Below, one piece after another: positions 1 to 13,200 of a DNA stretch of 64,000 nt. Source of the stretch: Paraspadella gotoi (Eukaryota; Animalia; Chaetognatha); the NCBI GenBank assembly GCA_051294375.1, contig CM119265.1, positions 21,762,278 to 21,826,277 of the forward strand, read 5' to 3'. The notes beneath the pieces were generated by a model that was not told the DNA's origin, ran no database searches, and saw only the letters and a list, made by a program, of their open reading frames with translations. The translations under genes and the position numbers were made by a program. Position 1 is the first letter of the stretch, and each line of letters begins with the position of its first letter.

Positions 1-485
1 AAAAAATTAGTAGCATATAGGGGACTAATTTGTACTATAGTGCTAATTCTGTAAAAAACTTTTTAAAATTTGCTAAGGCCTATTGTCCACGGTCTAAAAG
101 CCAGAGAGAGAGAGAGACAGGTCACCCGGTCACCGCTATGTGGATCCCTCCGTACATGTCCACGCCTCCTCTCACCGAATATCACTCCGAAATCTGATTG
201 CGAGGGAAAGAAGACGTGAAGAACGAATTGAACGACGACGAAGACGACGACGACGCCGTTGAAGAAGACGACGACTTCGGGATTCGCCGGCAGAAAAGCG
301 ACGCCCCGATGGAACCAAAGATCGTTCCACAGGAAATCGAAGACGACGGCGACGATGGCGACGACGACGAGGAGCCACGCCCACGCGGGGCGACAGCGAC
401 GGCATCGCGCGCATTTGCGGTAATCTGAAATTGAGTTGTGCGTTAGGTTGGGAATTGAAGGTAAAGGACGAAAATGAACAGAAGG

Positions 486-540
<55 letters not shown>

Positions 541-3500
541 GGAAAGAATTAAAAAAAATAAGATAAGAAAAAAATATTTAATGAATGAATGGATAATTTT
601 ATATTAGTTGTGCCAATTCAATAACAGCTAGCTTTTTGTATTTTGATGTATAGTGCTAGTCAGGAGCAAGACAGATTTTTTATTAAATGAATGGATAATT
701 GATTAATTTAATATTGGTTTTTTTTCTCACATGATTTTTGCGCCGAAACGAAGATGGAATCATCGAGTTTTTCGTCGACGAGTTCGAAGACCCCGCCTCT
801 TCGAGTCAAAGAGGCCGCTGACACTCCAGACGCTGATGAGAGAAGATGCGTTCTCTTCAGGCGTAACCTTGAAATCGTTGTTAGCGATTTTTGTAGCAGA
901 ATGAGTTTTGTTTAATCACAAATGGGATTGAGATCCTGATGCTTGATCCTATTCGCAAATTATAGCGCAACATAATGAAAACGATTAGAGGTAAACCAAA
1001 ACTGACCCACACAGTTTTATATCTTAATCAAACCACAGCGTCTCAAAGTCAAACGCACCTTCTCATTCTGCCGGGCTTCGCGATGAGCAGGAAATCTTGT
1101 CCACGCAATCCCCTCGCCGCCAACGCCGCCGACTCCCCGGACGCTGTCGCCCGAATTCGCTCGACGAAGCGCCTCTTCAGCCTTTGCAGCATCCCGGGAT
1201 ATTGGTCCGTCACTCTGACGAATGACTTGAGAGGGAGAGGGGAAATAGGGAGAGAGAGAAAGAGAGAAAGAGGGACAAAAAGTTCGAGAGCAGATAATTG
1301 TTTCATTCAAAGTCTCTTTCCAATGCGTCGAAGGATCGATCAAAAGAAAACAGGCAACACCTCTCGCGAGAGACACAGGAGTTCGCAGCGGGTTTTGGTT
1401 CGAATGGTGTGTACGGCGGTGAGCGGCATGAAGAGATACTTTTCTCCGAAAAAGTCTCCTGTCGTTGGTTAAAAAGTAAGTATGATTAAAAAAAAAACAA
1501 TTTCCGGCTTGTTGACCGAGCGACCTTCGTTTAGTGAGACTTCGATCCGACTAACTCCAGCCTCATCACGATTTTCAGCAACGATCATGCAGAGTGTCCC
1601 GCCGACGACGTAGACGAACCGGTCGCAGTGCCGTCCCGCCTCGGCGATCAGCTCGTCCTGGAAGAAATAAAATCTTAATGATTGAAGAAAATGAATTATC
1701 ATGCGAATTAGATAGCAAACAGAGTTACGACGAAGACGATAATGCGACTTTTTAATCTGTATGGAATTTGAATTGTCCACACATAATTTTTGCCACATAA
1801 ATTATAATTATTACTAGAAGAATGAAGATATTTATCTATAAATAAAAGAACAACGACAACACCTCACCGCGACGTAATGCGTCGTCTCCAACTCGAGCGC
1901 CAAAATCTGCAGCACCCGCGCGTCGACGTCGACCAGCGACTGGATCGACCGCAGGAGACGCAGCTGAGTCGCGTTGGCGATCCAGAGACGATAGCTCATC
2001 GGCAGAGCAGCCACGTAGGGATTGTGGCTATCGGAGTCAGAGCGGAGGTGCTGCAGGACGCAGCAGGAAACTACGGAGGAGGTCAGCGCAGTTGATGGGT
2101 TGACGGAGACGCGGCTGAAAATAAATTAATAAACAAAGGGCAGTTAATTTATAGATAATGAATAAACAAATAAATTAATGCATATATAAAGAAGCCTGCT
2201 CATCACTTGAAAAAGAATTTGAGTTTGGCGACGGAGCGCTCCAGCTTGGCCAGAGACTCGTCCAGATCCTTCCAGGCAACGTTCATGAGGGAGAAGACGA
2301 TGAAGCACCAGTAGAAGAGGCCGATGAGATTGTAGAGGATCGAGACGGCGATTTCGTCCGGGCTGAGGATCTCGTCCTCGCCCACCCCGATCGATCGGAG
2401 GCTCCGGGGAAGAAATGAACAAATGAACAAAATAAGTTATCGAAACTAGAAAAGAAAAATTGAGAACTGTGGCGGTATATTCACACCGCCTCACGTCCAC
2501 CATCCGTCAGCCAAATCCATTGGCTCAGAGGGGGAACACACCATCCCAGGCGTAGTGTTCCATCCACAGTCCTAACGACTTCCCTCTGCGTTGGCAAAGC
2601 GAGACCGTCCTAGGGTAACCGCGCCAGTGACTGGAGGCGTCACTGAGGGTCGGAAGCCCCCAAAGCCAACAGTGAGATTTATTTAAGATCACTTCTATAT
2701 ATTCGAGTGTTTTGAATGATAATTACATACTAAAGAGAGTGAAACGAGTAATTTCGCAATTGTCATAAGTTTACAGTTGATTAGGCCAATTTTTTTTCCT
2801 ACGACCTAATTAGGGCTCAGAACTTTTAATTACGTGTGATCTTGGGGAAAATAAATATTAAATATATTAGAACTTTAAAAGAAAAGTCGGATAATTATTA
2901 ATTAATTAAGGCTATCGCTCCCTCCCCCTATCCACCCCCTCTCTCCTCCGCGCCCCTCTCCCCTCCCTCACTTGTTCGAAACGAAAAACCAGGCGTTGTT
3001 GAAGAGGAAATACTTGTGAGCGCCGTCGATCGTCCCGCCCACGATTTGATAACTGAGATCGCCGAAGAGGCGACGCCGAGCCGAGTCCGCGTCGGAAGTC
3101 TTTCGCGTCGAATTCGGGGCGAGATTGTCCAGGGGCCCGACGTAATCGACGAAGAGCGGCCACTGGAGGCAACTTGTCCTAGGTGACAATGACATCAATG
3201 ATAATGAAACTTGTTGCGTCCACAATGTCCCGTTTAGACTTTAATTATCGCGATGTTTCTTGGTTTTTTTTTCGATTTTGCCCAAGACTAAAAAATAAAA
3301 AGCAATTACGATTTATAAAGAATAAATAAAGAATAAAAATTAAGGATAAAGAATGGAGAAAGAGTAAATAATGAAAAGAAAAGCTAATTTTGAATAAATT
3401 TTATTTCTAAGATCTACTGTTCGAAAAAATTAGTTCTCAAAAGAATAGTCGCATTCTTTAATGATTGAAATATTTTGCTCAATAACTTTAACCTTATTTT

Positions 3501-5419
3501 GTCTATAGTGGTAGTTTTCATGCAATCTTTAACTTTGTTTTGTCTTTAGTCTTTAGTCAATAGTCATGTATGTACTGAATCAACCTTGTCGAATTCGAAA
3601 TAAAACGCATATAATAAAGAATTTGCTGTTTTCCATTCCGGAACTCCACCAACCACCCTCCAAAAACCTTTGCAAACCACCCTCTCCAACCCTTCCACAT
3701 CCCTTTTCCCCCCCTCAGACCTCAGCCAAGTCAAGGATCGACACTCTTCGAACGATTCCGAGTCGTTCCCTTCACGACCCCGAAATTCAGGCGACGGGAA
3801 ATTGACGGTGATTCCCTTCGACTCGTGGAGAGAAGGATAAAGACGATTGTCACCGATGAGGGAACCGTAGCCGAGAGTCGGACAGTCTCGGTCCACCGTC
3901 CACAGGATCCAGATCGACGTCAAGACGATCTCTACGTAGTAACTCGCCACCGCCAGGAGGAAACTCGTCGCCAATTTTCCCGCCAGACTGGCTGGAAGAG
4001 ATTGGATGGTCACTGGTCACTGGCCAGTCGTCAGGTTCTGTCTTTATTGTCTTGATAACACTCAGTCTACCGAACTTTTCACCGACTCTCTCTCTCTCTC
4101 TCTCTCACTCACCTCTTTCCCAAGCTTCCATCAAATCCTTCAAGATTATCATGAATCTTAAAACGGTGTTCCAGATGAACACGATTTGGCAAGCCAGAAG
4201 ATAGCCTCTCACTCCGAGGCCTGATATTTGATCGATAGAGATATGTATATAGAGAGAAAATATATATTGGTTGTACCAATTTCATAAAAAGAAAAAAACC
4301 AACTCTTTTAGAGTTCAATTAATGTGATTGGAAGAATTAAAATTGAATATTTTTTTTTAAATCGATAAAACTAACTGATAATTTTATATTTGGAAATGAT
4401 TTTTTTAATAACATATTTTTTTTCATTCCTTATTCCCGGACATCCAATAAACGTCGAACCTTTGGGATAAACCCTCGCTGTGGGAATTCCCCCGGCGACG
4501 TAGACGAAGAACCACGGACCCTTCACGAAGCGGAGGAGGGCGAAAGCGGGATCGGGGACGACGAGGCCGTGGACGCCGACTCTGGCAGTAAAGCAGGAGA
4601 CGCAGAGCCTCGTCAAGTGGACGGCGTCGCCCGCGAGGATCCACGGGGTAGCGGGCGAGAGAAGCCCGCGGGGGTCGACCGCCCACGAGCGGTTGTAAGT
4701 CCATGATCTGGAGAGGGGGTTGGTCGGTCGCAAAATCAGTCCAAGGTTCAAGGCTGAAGTTAGCATTGAAAGTTTCTCTCAGTCTGCCTGTCTTCCTTTC
4801 TCTCTGTCTCTTTCTTTCTAAAATTATTCGACAATACTAAACAACAACAACAACCCTCTGACGCCGGTCGCATCGAATCCCGTGAAGGTCGTCTTGTATC
4901 CCATTAAAACGCTGGCGACGACGACGAAGACGACCGTGAGAATTCCGTAGACGATTTGGACGACGACTCGAACTGGGGATCGAGGATTCAAGTAGCAGGA
5001 GAGGAGACGGCGGCGTAGGCGGCGGCGGCGGCGGAGTCGCTCCAAGTCCGCCAAAGTTCTCTGGAGGAGTGGAGATTGAAAAAAAGCGGTGGTCGTAATT
5101 AAATAATCCAACTCGATTCGCTTCCCACTATGGTGGACTAAAATCCACCAACCGTTCATCAGCGGCCATTGGTGCCGGAGGCAGATCATTCGCCTCCCAA
5201 CCCAAAGGTCCGGGGTTCTATGCCGGTGGTCGCCTAGCAGTTAAGAGAGACGGGGCGCTTAACCCGCCTGTAACACGGTGTTACAGCCTGATCCGAAGCT
5301 CAGGGACTGCTTATATTGAACGGTTCTGTCACTAACATATACAATAATTACTGTCTCTTCACCACCTTGTTTTTCTTTTTGTAGACAGAGGAGGACGAGG
5401 AGTCCGAAGACAACGCCAT
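1..5419 (-). CDS. Gene A: multi-exon CNBD/KCNH/CNGK-like channel. First 6TM-CNBD repeat complete; second TM repeat begins at about 425 and runs off the window start
   Basis: Spliced frame traced from ATG 5419 (MALSSDSSSSSVYKKKNK|RTLADLER...). Pore exon LRSIGVGEDEIL (about 2205-2402), C-linker LPMSYRLWIANATQLRLLRSI, CNBD GDFFGEKYLFMPLTAVHTIRTKTRCELLCLSRE, then a new hydrophobic exon (about 176-425) WAWLLVVVAIVAVVFDFLWND. Exon-for-exon similar to gene B. Confidence 0.8.
2467..2680 (-). repeat. Dispersed structured repeat, copy 1 (3' part)
   Basis: Reverse complement is nearly identical to 8600-8784 (gtcactggcgcggttaccctagg...ggcggtgtgaatataccgccacagt). Intronic. Confidence 0.85.
5129..5361 (+). 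mobile_element. Solo LTR of tRNA-bearing TRIM
   Basis: TATGGTGG...CTCTTCA, matches the LTRs at 7323-7975 and 20190-20844. Flanked by 4-bp TSD CCAC (5125-5128 and 5362-5365). Confidence 0.92.
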
Positions 5420-6096
5420 GAATAATCCTCAGAGTCAGGGACCCAAATTTTAAAAAAATTAAAAAATAAAGTGGAAACTAATTACAGGTTGGCCCATATA
5501 GAAGTGAAGTAGCGGCCCTCGGTGTCCCGTTTTCCCTCAATGATTGTATTTTAATGGATTTTCTGACTTCGTGTTTTGTTTACACTACAACGTCGCCGTT
5601 GTGGCGCTAATGTCGCACGAATTTCGAGATCGTCGTCACGGAATTTTTTATTATTTATTGCTAAAAAGTAAACAATTTTTTTTTAACGTGCTGGACTTTG
5701 CGTCAGGGTAGACTGGATTTAAATCTTATATCTATGAAATCGAGATAGAACAAGAAAATTGATGTTCACACAATTCACGACCGGGAGCGTGTTCCACCGT
5801 GATACTTGGAGCGCGGACCGTTTTACCGACTGGCTTCAATATAGGTACCTTCTCGCAGTTCTTAACGCAATAGCTATTTTGTCTTAGACGAAACTAGTCC
5901 GGCTAGACAAACAAAAGGGTCAAAATCTCAGTCAATAAAAAATCATATTTTATTTCTAATTATGGAATTACGTTGACAATACACGCTTAAAAATCGTTTT
6001 ACGACGACAAGAAAGATTACAACTACCGAAACGAAAACTTTCCGCCGAGGCTAACCCCCCAATCCCGCTGGCCCAACAACCCCCGCCCTCTCCGTC

Positions 6097-7253
6097 TCAT
6101 CTCCCCCGCCCTTGATTATGAATGTCGAAGAGATCTTTGTCGTCGTCGTCGTCGTCGTCGTCCGCTGGTTTTCGCTTCTTAGGCGCCGCCCCTTTCTGCG
6201 GCTTTGAACGCGCTCCCTTTACGCTGGGTTTCGAAGCCGCGTCGTCCTTAGCGCCGCCGGTTTTGAAGCCTAAAGTGAGGGACAAAAATAGTATATGATA
6301 CGGGCAGAGGGACAGACAGACTTGTACGTAGAAGTAAAGATTTGAGCTTGAAAAAGAATTTCAATAGCTAGAGAATGAAATATTTTATAAAAAGCGTAAA
6401 AAGATATTATGGTTAGTAACCATTGGTTACCGCTGTGGCTACCATTTTTTTTTCTTTCTGAACATTTAAAAACGTTAGTAGAAATGATTATAACGTTCAA
6501 TTTCATAATGGAGTGCAGTGCAAAAAAAAAATTTATAAATTTTTCCATATATTTCGACTTTTTTTAAGTCTTTTTTATACGTATTATTTACAGTAAGGAA
6601 AGCAGATTTTGAAGAGTATGGCAACAGCAGGGTTGCATGTGATGCCCACTGGGATGGGGAAATTTACTGTTGGTTTTGAATAACAAGATAAACATGAGTA
6701 CCTTGGACGGCAACGGATTCTCTCTTCTTGCGAAAATGTCCGGTAGCTAATCCGGAAAACCTTTTCTCTGACGTGAGGTCAACGGACTCGTATTTTTTTT
6801 GTTCGTTGCCCGGAGATAAAAGGTTGAACACCCTAGACCGAAATATGGAATCTCATCAATTGATGTTTTCTTCATCTTTCTTGTGATCAAATTGTGATTT
6901 AAATATATCCATTTAAATATTAAATTGGACGTAGAAGATCTTAGGGGCGTCACCAATCGCAAATTAAAACGAGCGCTTTGGGAGCTCAAATGATTCGAAC
7001 AGAAACGACGACGACGAATATAACGACGAAGACGACAACGAATTCATTATATTATTATATCTTTCCCATTATATTTACCCTCCCAGCATGGTGATTGCAA
7101 AATTTTTGGGTTGCAGGGATGCGTCTTTCGTCTGGGAGTCGGACCCATCGACGGAAGCTTCTGTCATGTACTTTATTGTCAAAGCTCTGTTTGGTTAAAA
7201 AAATATTAAGAGTAATTTATAAAGGCGATAATATCGATAATTGAGGAGGGAGG

Positions 7254-7293
<40 letters not shown>

Positions 7294-10200
7294 GATATAG
7301 AGAGAGAGAGATATATATATATTGAAGAGACAGTAATTATTGTTATGAGTTAGTTGATAGAACCGTTCAATATAAGCAGTCCCTGAGCTTCGGATCAGGC
7401 TGTAACATCATGTTACAGGCGGGTTAAGCGCCCCGTCCCTCTAAACTGCCAGACGACCACCGGGCTAGAACCCCAGACCTTTGGGTTGGGAGGCGAATGA
7501 CTTGCCTCCGGCACCAATGGCCGCTGATGAACGGTTGGTGGGTTTTATTCCACCATACATCCCCCCCTCCCGTAGGAAGATGTCTGTTGCGTCTCTTCAG
7601 TGAATTGTTGTTGGTGGAAAGTGCATCACCAAGTTGAGGCATGTCGCCTGATGTGTGTGGGCGGAAAGTGCATCGCCAGGTTGAGGCATGTCGCCTGAAA
7701 TTGTTGTTGTTGCTGTTGTGTTCGGAAGTCGGGCTAACCAATGAAGAGACAGTAATTATTGTTATGAGTTAGTGATAGAACCGTTCAATATAAGCAGTCC
7801 CTGAGCTTCGGATCAGGCTGTAACATCATGTTACAGGCGGGTTAAGCGCCCCGTCCCTCTAAACTGCCAGACGACCACCGGGCTAGAACCCCAGACCTTT
7901 GGGTTGGGAGGCGAACGACTTGCCTCCGGCACCAATGGCCGCTGATGAACGGTTGGTGGGTTTTATTCCACCATAATATTAAATATATATATAAAATATA
8001 CTAGGCTATAGACTAGATTTTCCACATTAGACGAAAGAGATCTCACGATTAATAATACACACCGCCCCCCTTCCGATTAACCTAAACTCATTAACAGTAT
8101 TGTTCTCCAAGTAAAAAAGCGCCACCGGCGTCTTGGCGCGAACGATAAAGCCTTCGATGACTCGTGGCTGCAACGCGCAGTCGTCCAGAATAACCTCGTC
8201 GTCGCTCAAAATGGTTCTTCTTTTTACGATCGCGTGCGGATTTTGGCCACCTTGAAGCCACTTGGACGACTCGCTCTCTCTCTTGGAATTTCTCGATGAA
8301 GGCACGAAGGTAAGAATTTCCACTTCCCCTGACGGTTAACATAATTGGTGTTGAGAAATTGGTACAATTGAAAATTGATCGATTTATTCCATCATTAATG
8401 TTAGGCTTTGTTACCCCTGACTTTGGTTAATGGCTCCATACGTTTAACAAGACAATTACAAAGCGAGACACTGTATGTTATTAATTAAGAGTCCTTTCAC
8501 TGCCTATTTTCTTAACGCCCAGAGTACTTGGCTTCCTTATCAGTAAAACGGTAGTATGGCAACAGCCGGGTTGCCCGTGATGCCCATTGGGATGGGGCAT
8601 CTCATTGTTGGCTTTGGGTCACTGGCGCGGTTACCCTAGGACGGTCTCGCTTTGCCAACGCAGAGGGAAGACGTTAGGACTGTGGATGGAACACTACGCC
8701 TGGGATGGTGTGTTCCCCCTCTGAGCCAATGGATTTGGCTGAAGGATGGTGGACGTGAGGCGGTGTGAATATACCGCCACAGTACATTATTTTTCTTAAT
8801 ACTTCTTTGTGTCTCATAATTAAACCTGTGATTATATAATACGTTCTATCCGCGTAGTGTCCGTGTTGGTATATAAGGTCCCCCGGGAGTAAGACTTCTT
8901 GTTTGACCTTACACAAAAGAAAAAGACATCAATTCGTTTATCAAAAAGAACTCTCTGCTTTCTGGGCCACCTTTAAAGAGATCCATCTCAAGAATCCGGC
9001 TTTGAGAATTCTCAAGTAAGGGATTTTCATGAGAAAGGGCGAGGTTAATTCGTAGTAGACGTCTCTTTTGAGACAAACGGGCAAGAATCCAAAAAGATCT
9101 TCCAAATTGAATCCGTCGTAAAAATTAGAGACGAGAGCCCGATAGAGTCCAACGCTCGCTTCCAACTTGAGTTCCGTGTGGAGTTGCTTTAGGACATTTC
9201 TGAAATTTGTCTAAATTCATCTGATATCATATAATAATTAACTTGAACAAACCAAATAAGAAGCGAAATTTAAATTAAAAGGCTTAGTTTTTGTTCTGAG
9301 GTTCCGAGAGGTAAATTATCGAACAATTTAAACAAAAGCCTTCCGTAGCATAAGAGACTAGTTCAACACAACAATCCTGAATAGTTATGGACGTAATTTT
9401 ATTTTAAACCTTGTTTCTCTCGTCCAGGAATTAAGCTCAGCTTGTCGATAAACCAATAGAGCACAGTAGGATGTAAAAACCGCAATCTCATACGTGAGGT
9501 AAAATTTGAAGAAAAAGATGACCAAGATAGTATAGACTATTTCTCTTTCGGACAAAGGTAATATGTCTCCAAAACCTAGCAATAGCTAGGAAATCTTTAT
9601 ATCGACGAGCCGCGTTTTATTATTCTAATATTTCACCTGTAGTGGTAAGAGTTTGAACGGCCCACCAGAGTCCAGCAGCGCTAATATCATCCGAGGCATA
9701 CTTTCGACTTATGGCCAAGAAATGAACCCATCCTCCGCTGGGACACTTTTTCACCTTATCCAGAGTCAGAGGGCATGAAATAAAGGCGAAGATATTTCCG
9801 AGAGTAAAACAAACAATCGCGATGTTACAAAGTCGCAAAACTACGAATTTTAACCAAAAAAAAACACAAAATAAGTAAAGAAACCAGAGCGTTAAGAAAA
9901 AAAATTACACTCACACGAGGATTTGAGTATAAATAAGGTTTTGGTATCGCCATACGCAACTTTATTTGAATATTTTTTTCGAATGCCAACAACTTTTAAA
10001 AACTGAGGTAACTTTAGCAAACTTAATACCCGATAATAATGCAAAACGGAATTTTTATGGAATTTTTCAGAAAATAGTACGCCGAACGCGTAGAATGGAA
10101 ATATGGCAAATAAATCTAGAATAAAAAGAGTCCGGGCATAATTTCGCTGGATGAGGCGAAGTTCTAAAATTGTCTGGTTGGTTGAACTATCATAATAACC

Positions 10201-13200
10201 AACAAAAAATTTTAAAACCATATCGGTAATATAGAGTACATCCAAAACCTATGAAAGGAAAAAAGATCGAAAAAGATGATGCTTGTTTTTTATTGGTCAT
10301 CAATTTGAAAGCACAAGGAGAACCTGGACCCAAATGGCGAAATCGTTGAAAGCAATATCGTGCACGATGTATCCAATTTGAATAATAACGGCGATATGAA
10401 CAAAAAATGAAAATATTTGGTAACCGGGATTAGACGGCAAGATAACCTTACATGATGTTTTTTCTTTTCTTGTTCTGAGCAATTTGCTTCTTTCAGAATG
10501 AGAGTGTCCAAAAACTGTACTCCTTCGAGATCGCCGTTTCTAATGATTTTTAAAAGTTTATTTTTTTTTAATATATTCTTATTTTGATTAATTTTCATTT
10601 TTTTTTAATTTAAAGCCATTTTGACATTTTGATGAAAAAGCGCTTTTTGAATAAGACAAAAGCGACAAAAAGTTCATCTCTCTCTCTCTCTCTCCCTCCC
10701 TTCTCTCTTTACTCTTTTAAACAAATCATTTTTCTCGTTTTTTCACTTTTTGCCACTGATGATGACTTAGCAATATAAGTCGAAATATTTGGAAAAAAAC
10801 AACAAAAATTCGTTTTATTTTTTTGTTAAATGCACTTTTCTCCATGATGAAAATATATCTTTATATTACGACAAAAAGTTTTTTTTTTTACCGAATATAT
10901 GTTGGTCACTTCTGCCGAATGAAAGAACTCCCTTTTGCTCATTAAGGCTTTTATAAAAATTGTTGTCTCTCGTTCGAATTCTTGTAACATTTGCAAGATG
11001 ACTCCTTTTTTCAGTACCTTTTTTTTAAAAAACTTAATATAAGTTATGAATAATATAAATTAATATAATATATAATATAATTAATATAAGTTACAATTTA
11101 ATATAAGTTATAAATTAGAATTGTTGTTTCTTTCTTTTTTGTTGGTTGAGTTTTTTAATAAGAGAAATATTGATTTTTCACAACAAATTTTAATTCACAT
11201 TGTTACAGAATAGTTGTTTCGAATAGTAGTTCTATTCATTATCAGTGTAACAATGTGAATTAAAATTCGTTGTGAAAAATCAATATTTCTCTTATTAAGT
11301 AATAAATTAATATAAGTTTTCTAATAATTTCACCAATATGTCACCTTGAATTTGCATAATGAAAGCGCCCTTAATGATGACATCCACACAGAAAGTTTGA
11401 ATATGCCCGCAGGTCCAAAAATGATTTGTTTTTGATTGGTATCCACCCAATTTAACTAAATTTGGACTAAAGTTTAATAGCGTAGGAAAGCCTTTGTTTG
11501 ATTTTTTACCTCAGGCCGCTTTTTGTTTGTAGTTGATGATTCCAGATGTCCATCGACAAGAAAGTATAGTTGAAGCACAATATCTCCCTATTAGCAAAAA
11601 AGATAGAAAATAGTAGTATAAACAATAAAGAATTATCAAATGAGAAAAATCTCAGAGTTTAACGGCCTTTCACAACAGAATTCAAATTAGCAAGTAAGCA
11701 AATTGAGCAGCTTGGTATCTTTCAGAAGATTAATTAATGATTTAGATTAATTATTTTTAGAAGGGCGGAGTCAGATATTTGTACGCGACTCCAAAATATT
11801 CAACTTCCTTATTTCAGTTTGACCATTTTTGCTTTGAGTTTCAAATGTAAACAAATTACGACCGATAAAAGAAAGAGAATTTAGTTGCTTTTTTCTGGTT
11901 TCGTTTCGTTTCACTTGTTTAATTTTTATTTTGTTTGACAATGATTAAATTAACTATTATGAATATATTCGAACCTTTATTTATTAGACTTAGGCCAAAT
12001 AGTATCGTCAGAAATAAGATGACATGCTATCTTATTTTCAATATATATGTAAAGATATACAAATGTTTCAATAATAAATAAGGATTTTTGCCTTGATCAA
12101 CAAGACGCTTACCTGACGATAAACATAATTTCCTTGAGGAATGATCATATCTTCCATTCTCGATCCAACATAGCTATCAATACCTTTTGGAAGGTCATTT
12201 AAGCCAATTTTTGTAAATAACTTTTGCAAAAGTTTACTTAAAATTTCCGATCGAATTCCCTGTGTCAAGTTTAACAAACAAGTCAAAATATTTTTATTAG
12301 CGTAGTGCGGGGTAATTCGGAACACTTTTGTAAGTAATCAAATTTTTCGCATAGTAAAAGTATTTTGAAATTTTATTTTCTGGGAAAGTGTCCCGGCTAC
12401 AGGTTGATGCAGTCTTTTTATCCCTGGCCCTCGGGGGCCGATTTTTTAAAAAAATTAAAAAGTATTCCGTTTTACCCCAACCTGGGGTAATTCGGAACAC
12501 TTAATAGATTATGTATAATTTTTATAACATAAACATATTAACTAAAACACTATTATTAAGAGCATAGAGTCTTTCATTAATGTTTTATGTATAAAAAATT
12601 TCAAATCTTATTTTCTTGAGTGAAATGATTTTTAATACCATGTTCCCACTTTTGAAAAATTATTGAATGACAAAAGATGTAAAATTTGTATATATTCTTT
12701 TTATTTCTTTGAGTTAAAATCTTTGTTAATGATGTAAAAAATTTTTAAATTTTTTTTTTCAAAATCATATCCATAGAATATTTAATTTCCATATCGAGCT
12801 CAAATTTTTTAATATAATCAGCTAAGGAGGTATTGAGTAATCCATATCATATTCTGCAAAGAATTCTAATGAGCCTTAACATTCTAAATAAGATACAAAA
12901 TATTTTTGGGCAACTTAAGTCTTGTGTACATTTTTACATCATCTTTGATCAAGGTTTTAATCTTGTCAATCATATCAGGATACAACTGAATATGTTACAT
13001 TGCAAATCTTTTTAAATGTATGCATCCTTATTGTTATTACTAATTTCTTTATCATCTGTTAATTTTTTTATTTATCAATGAATTAATCTTCTTTAATAAT
13101 TTTATTGGTTCTGGGTCTGGTAGTAGCCAAGTAGTTTACATACTTAATGCTGATACTCATATATCATGCCATCTGGGAAAAATATTTTAGGGCTTAAAAT

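Noticed and set aside
828-875. CTGATGA followed by a hairpin (hammerhead-like)
   Set aside because: No GAAA after the stem, and it lies antisense to a coding exon of gene A.
7512-7557. CTGATGA in the TRIM LTR suggesting a retrozyme
   Set aside because: It sits in a simple hairpin loop with no stem II-GAAA-NUH. The element has a PBS, a PPT and a tRNA-like unit instead.
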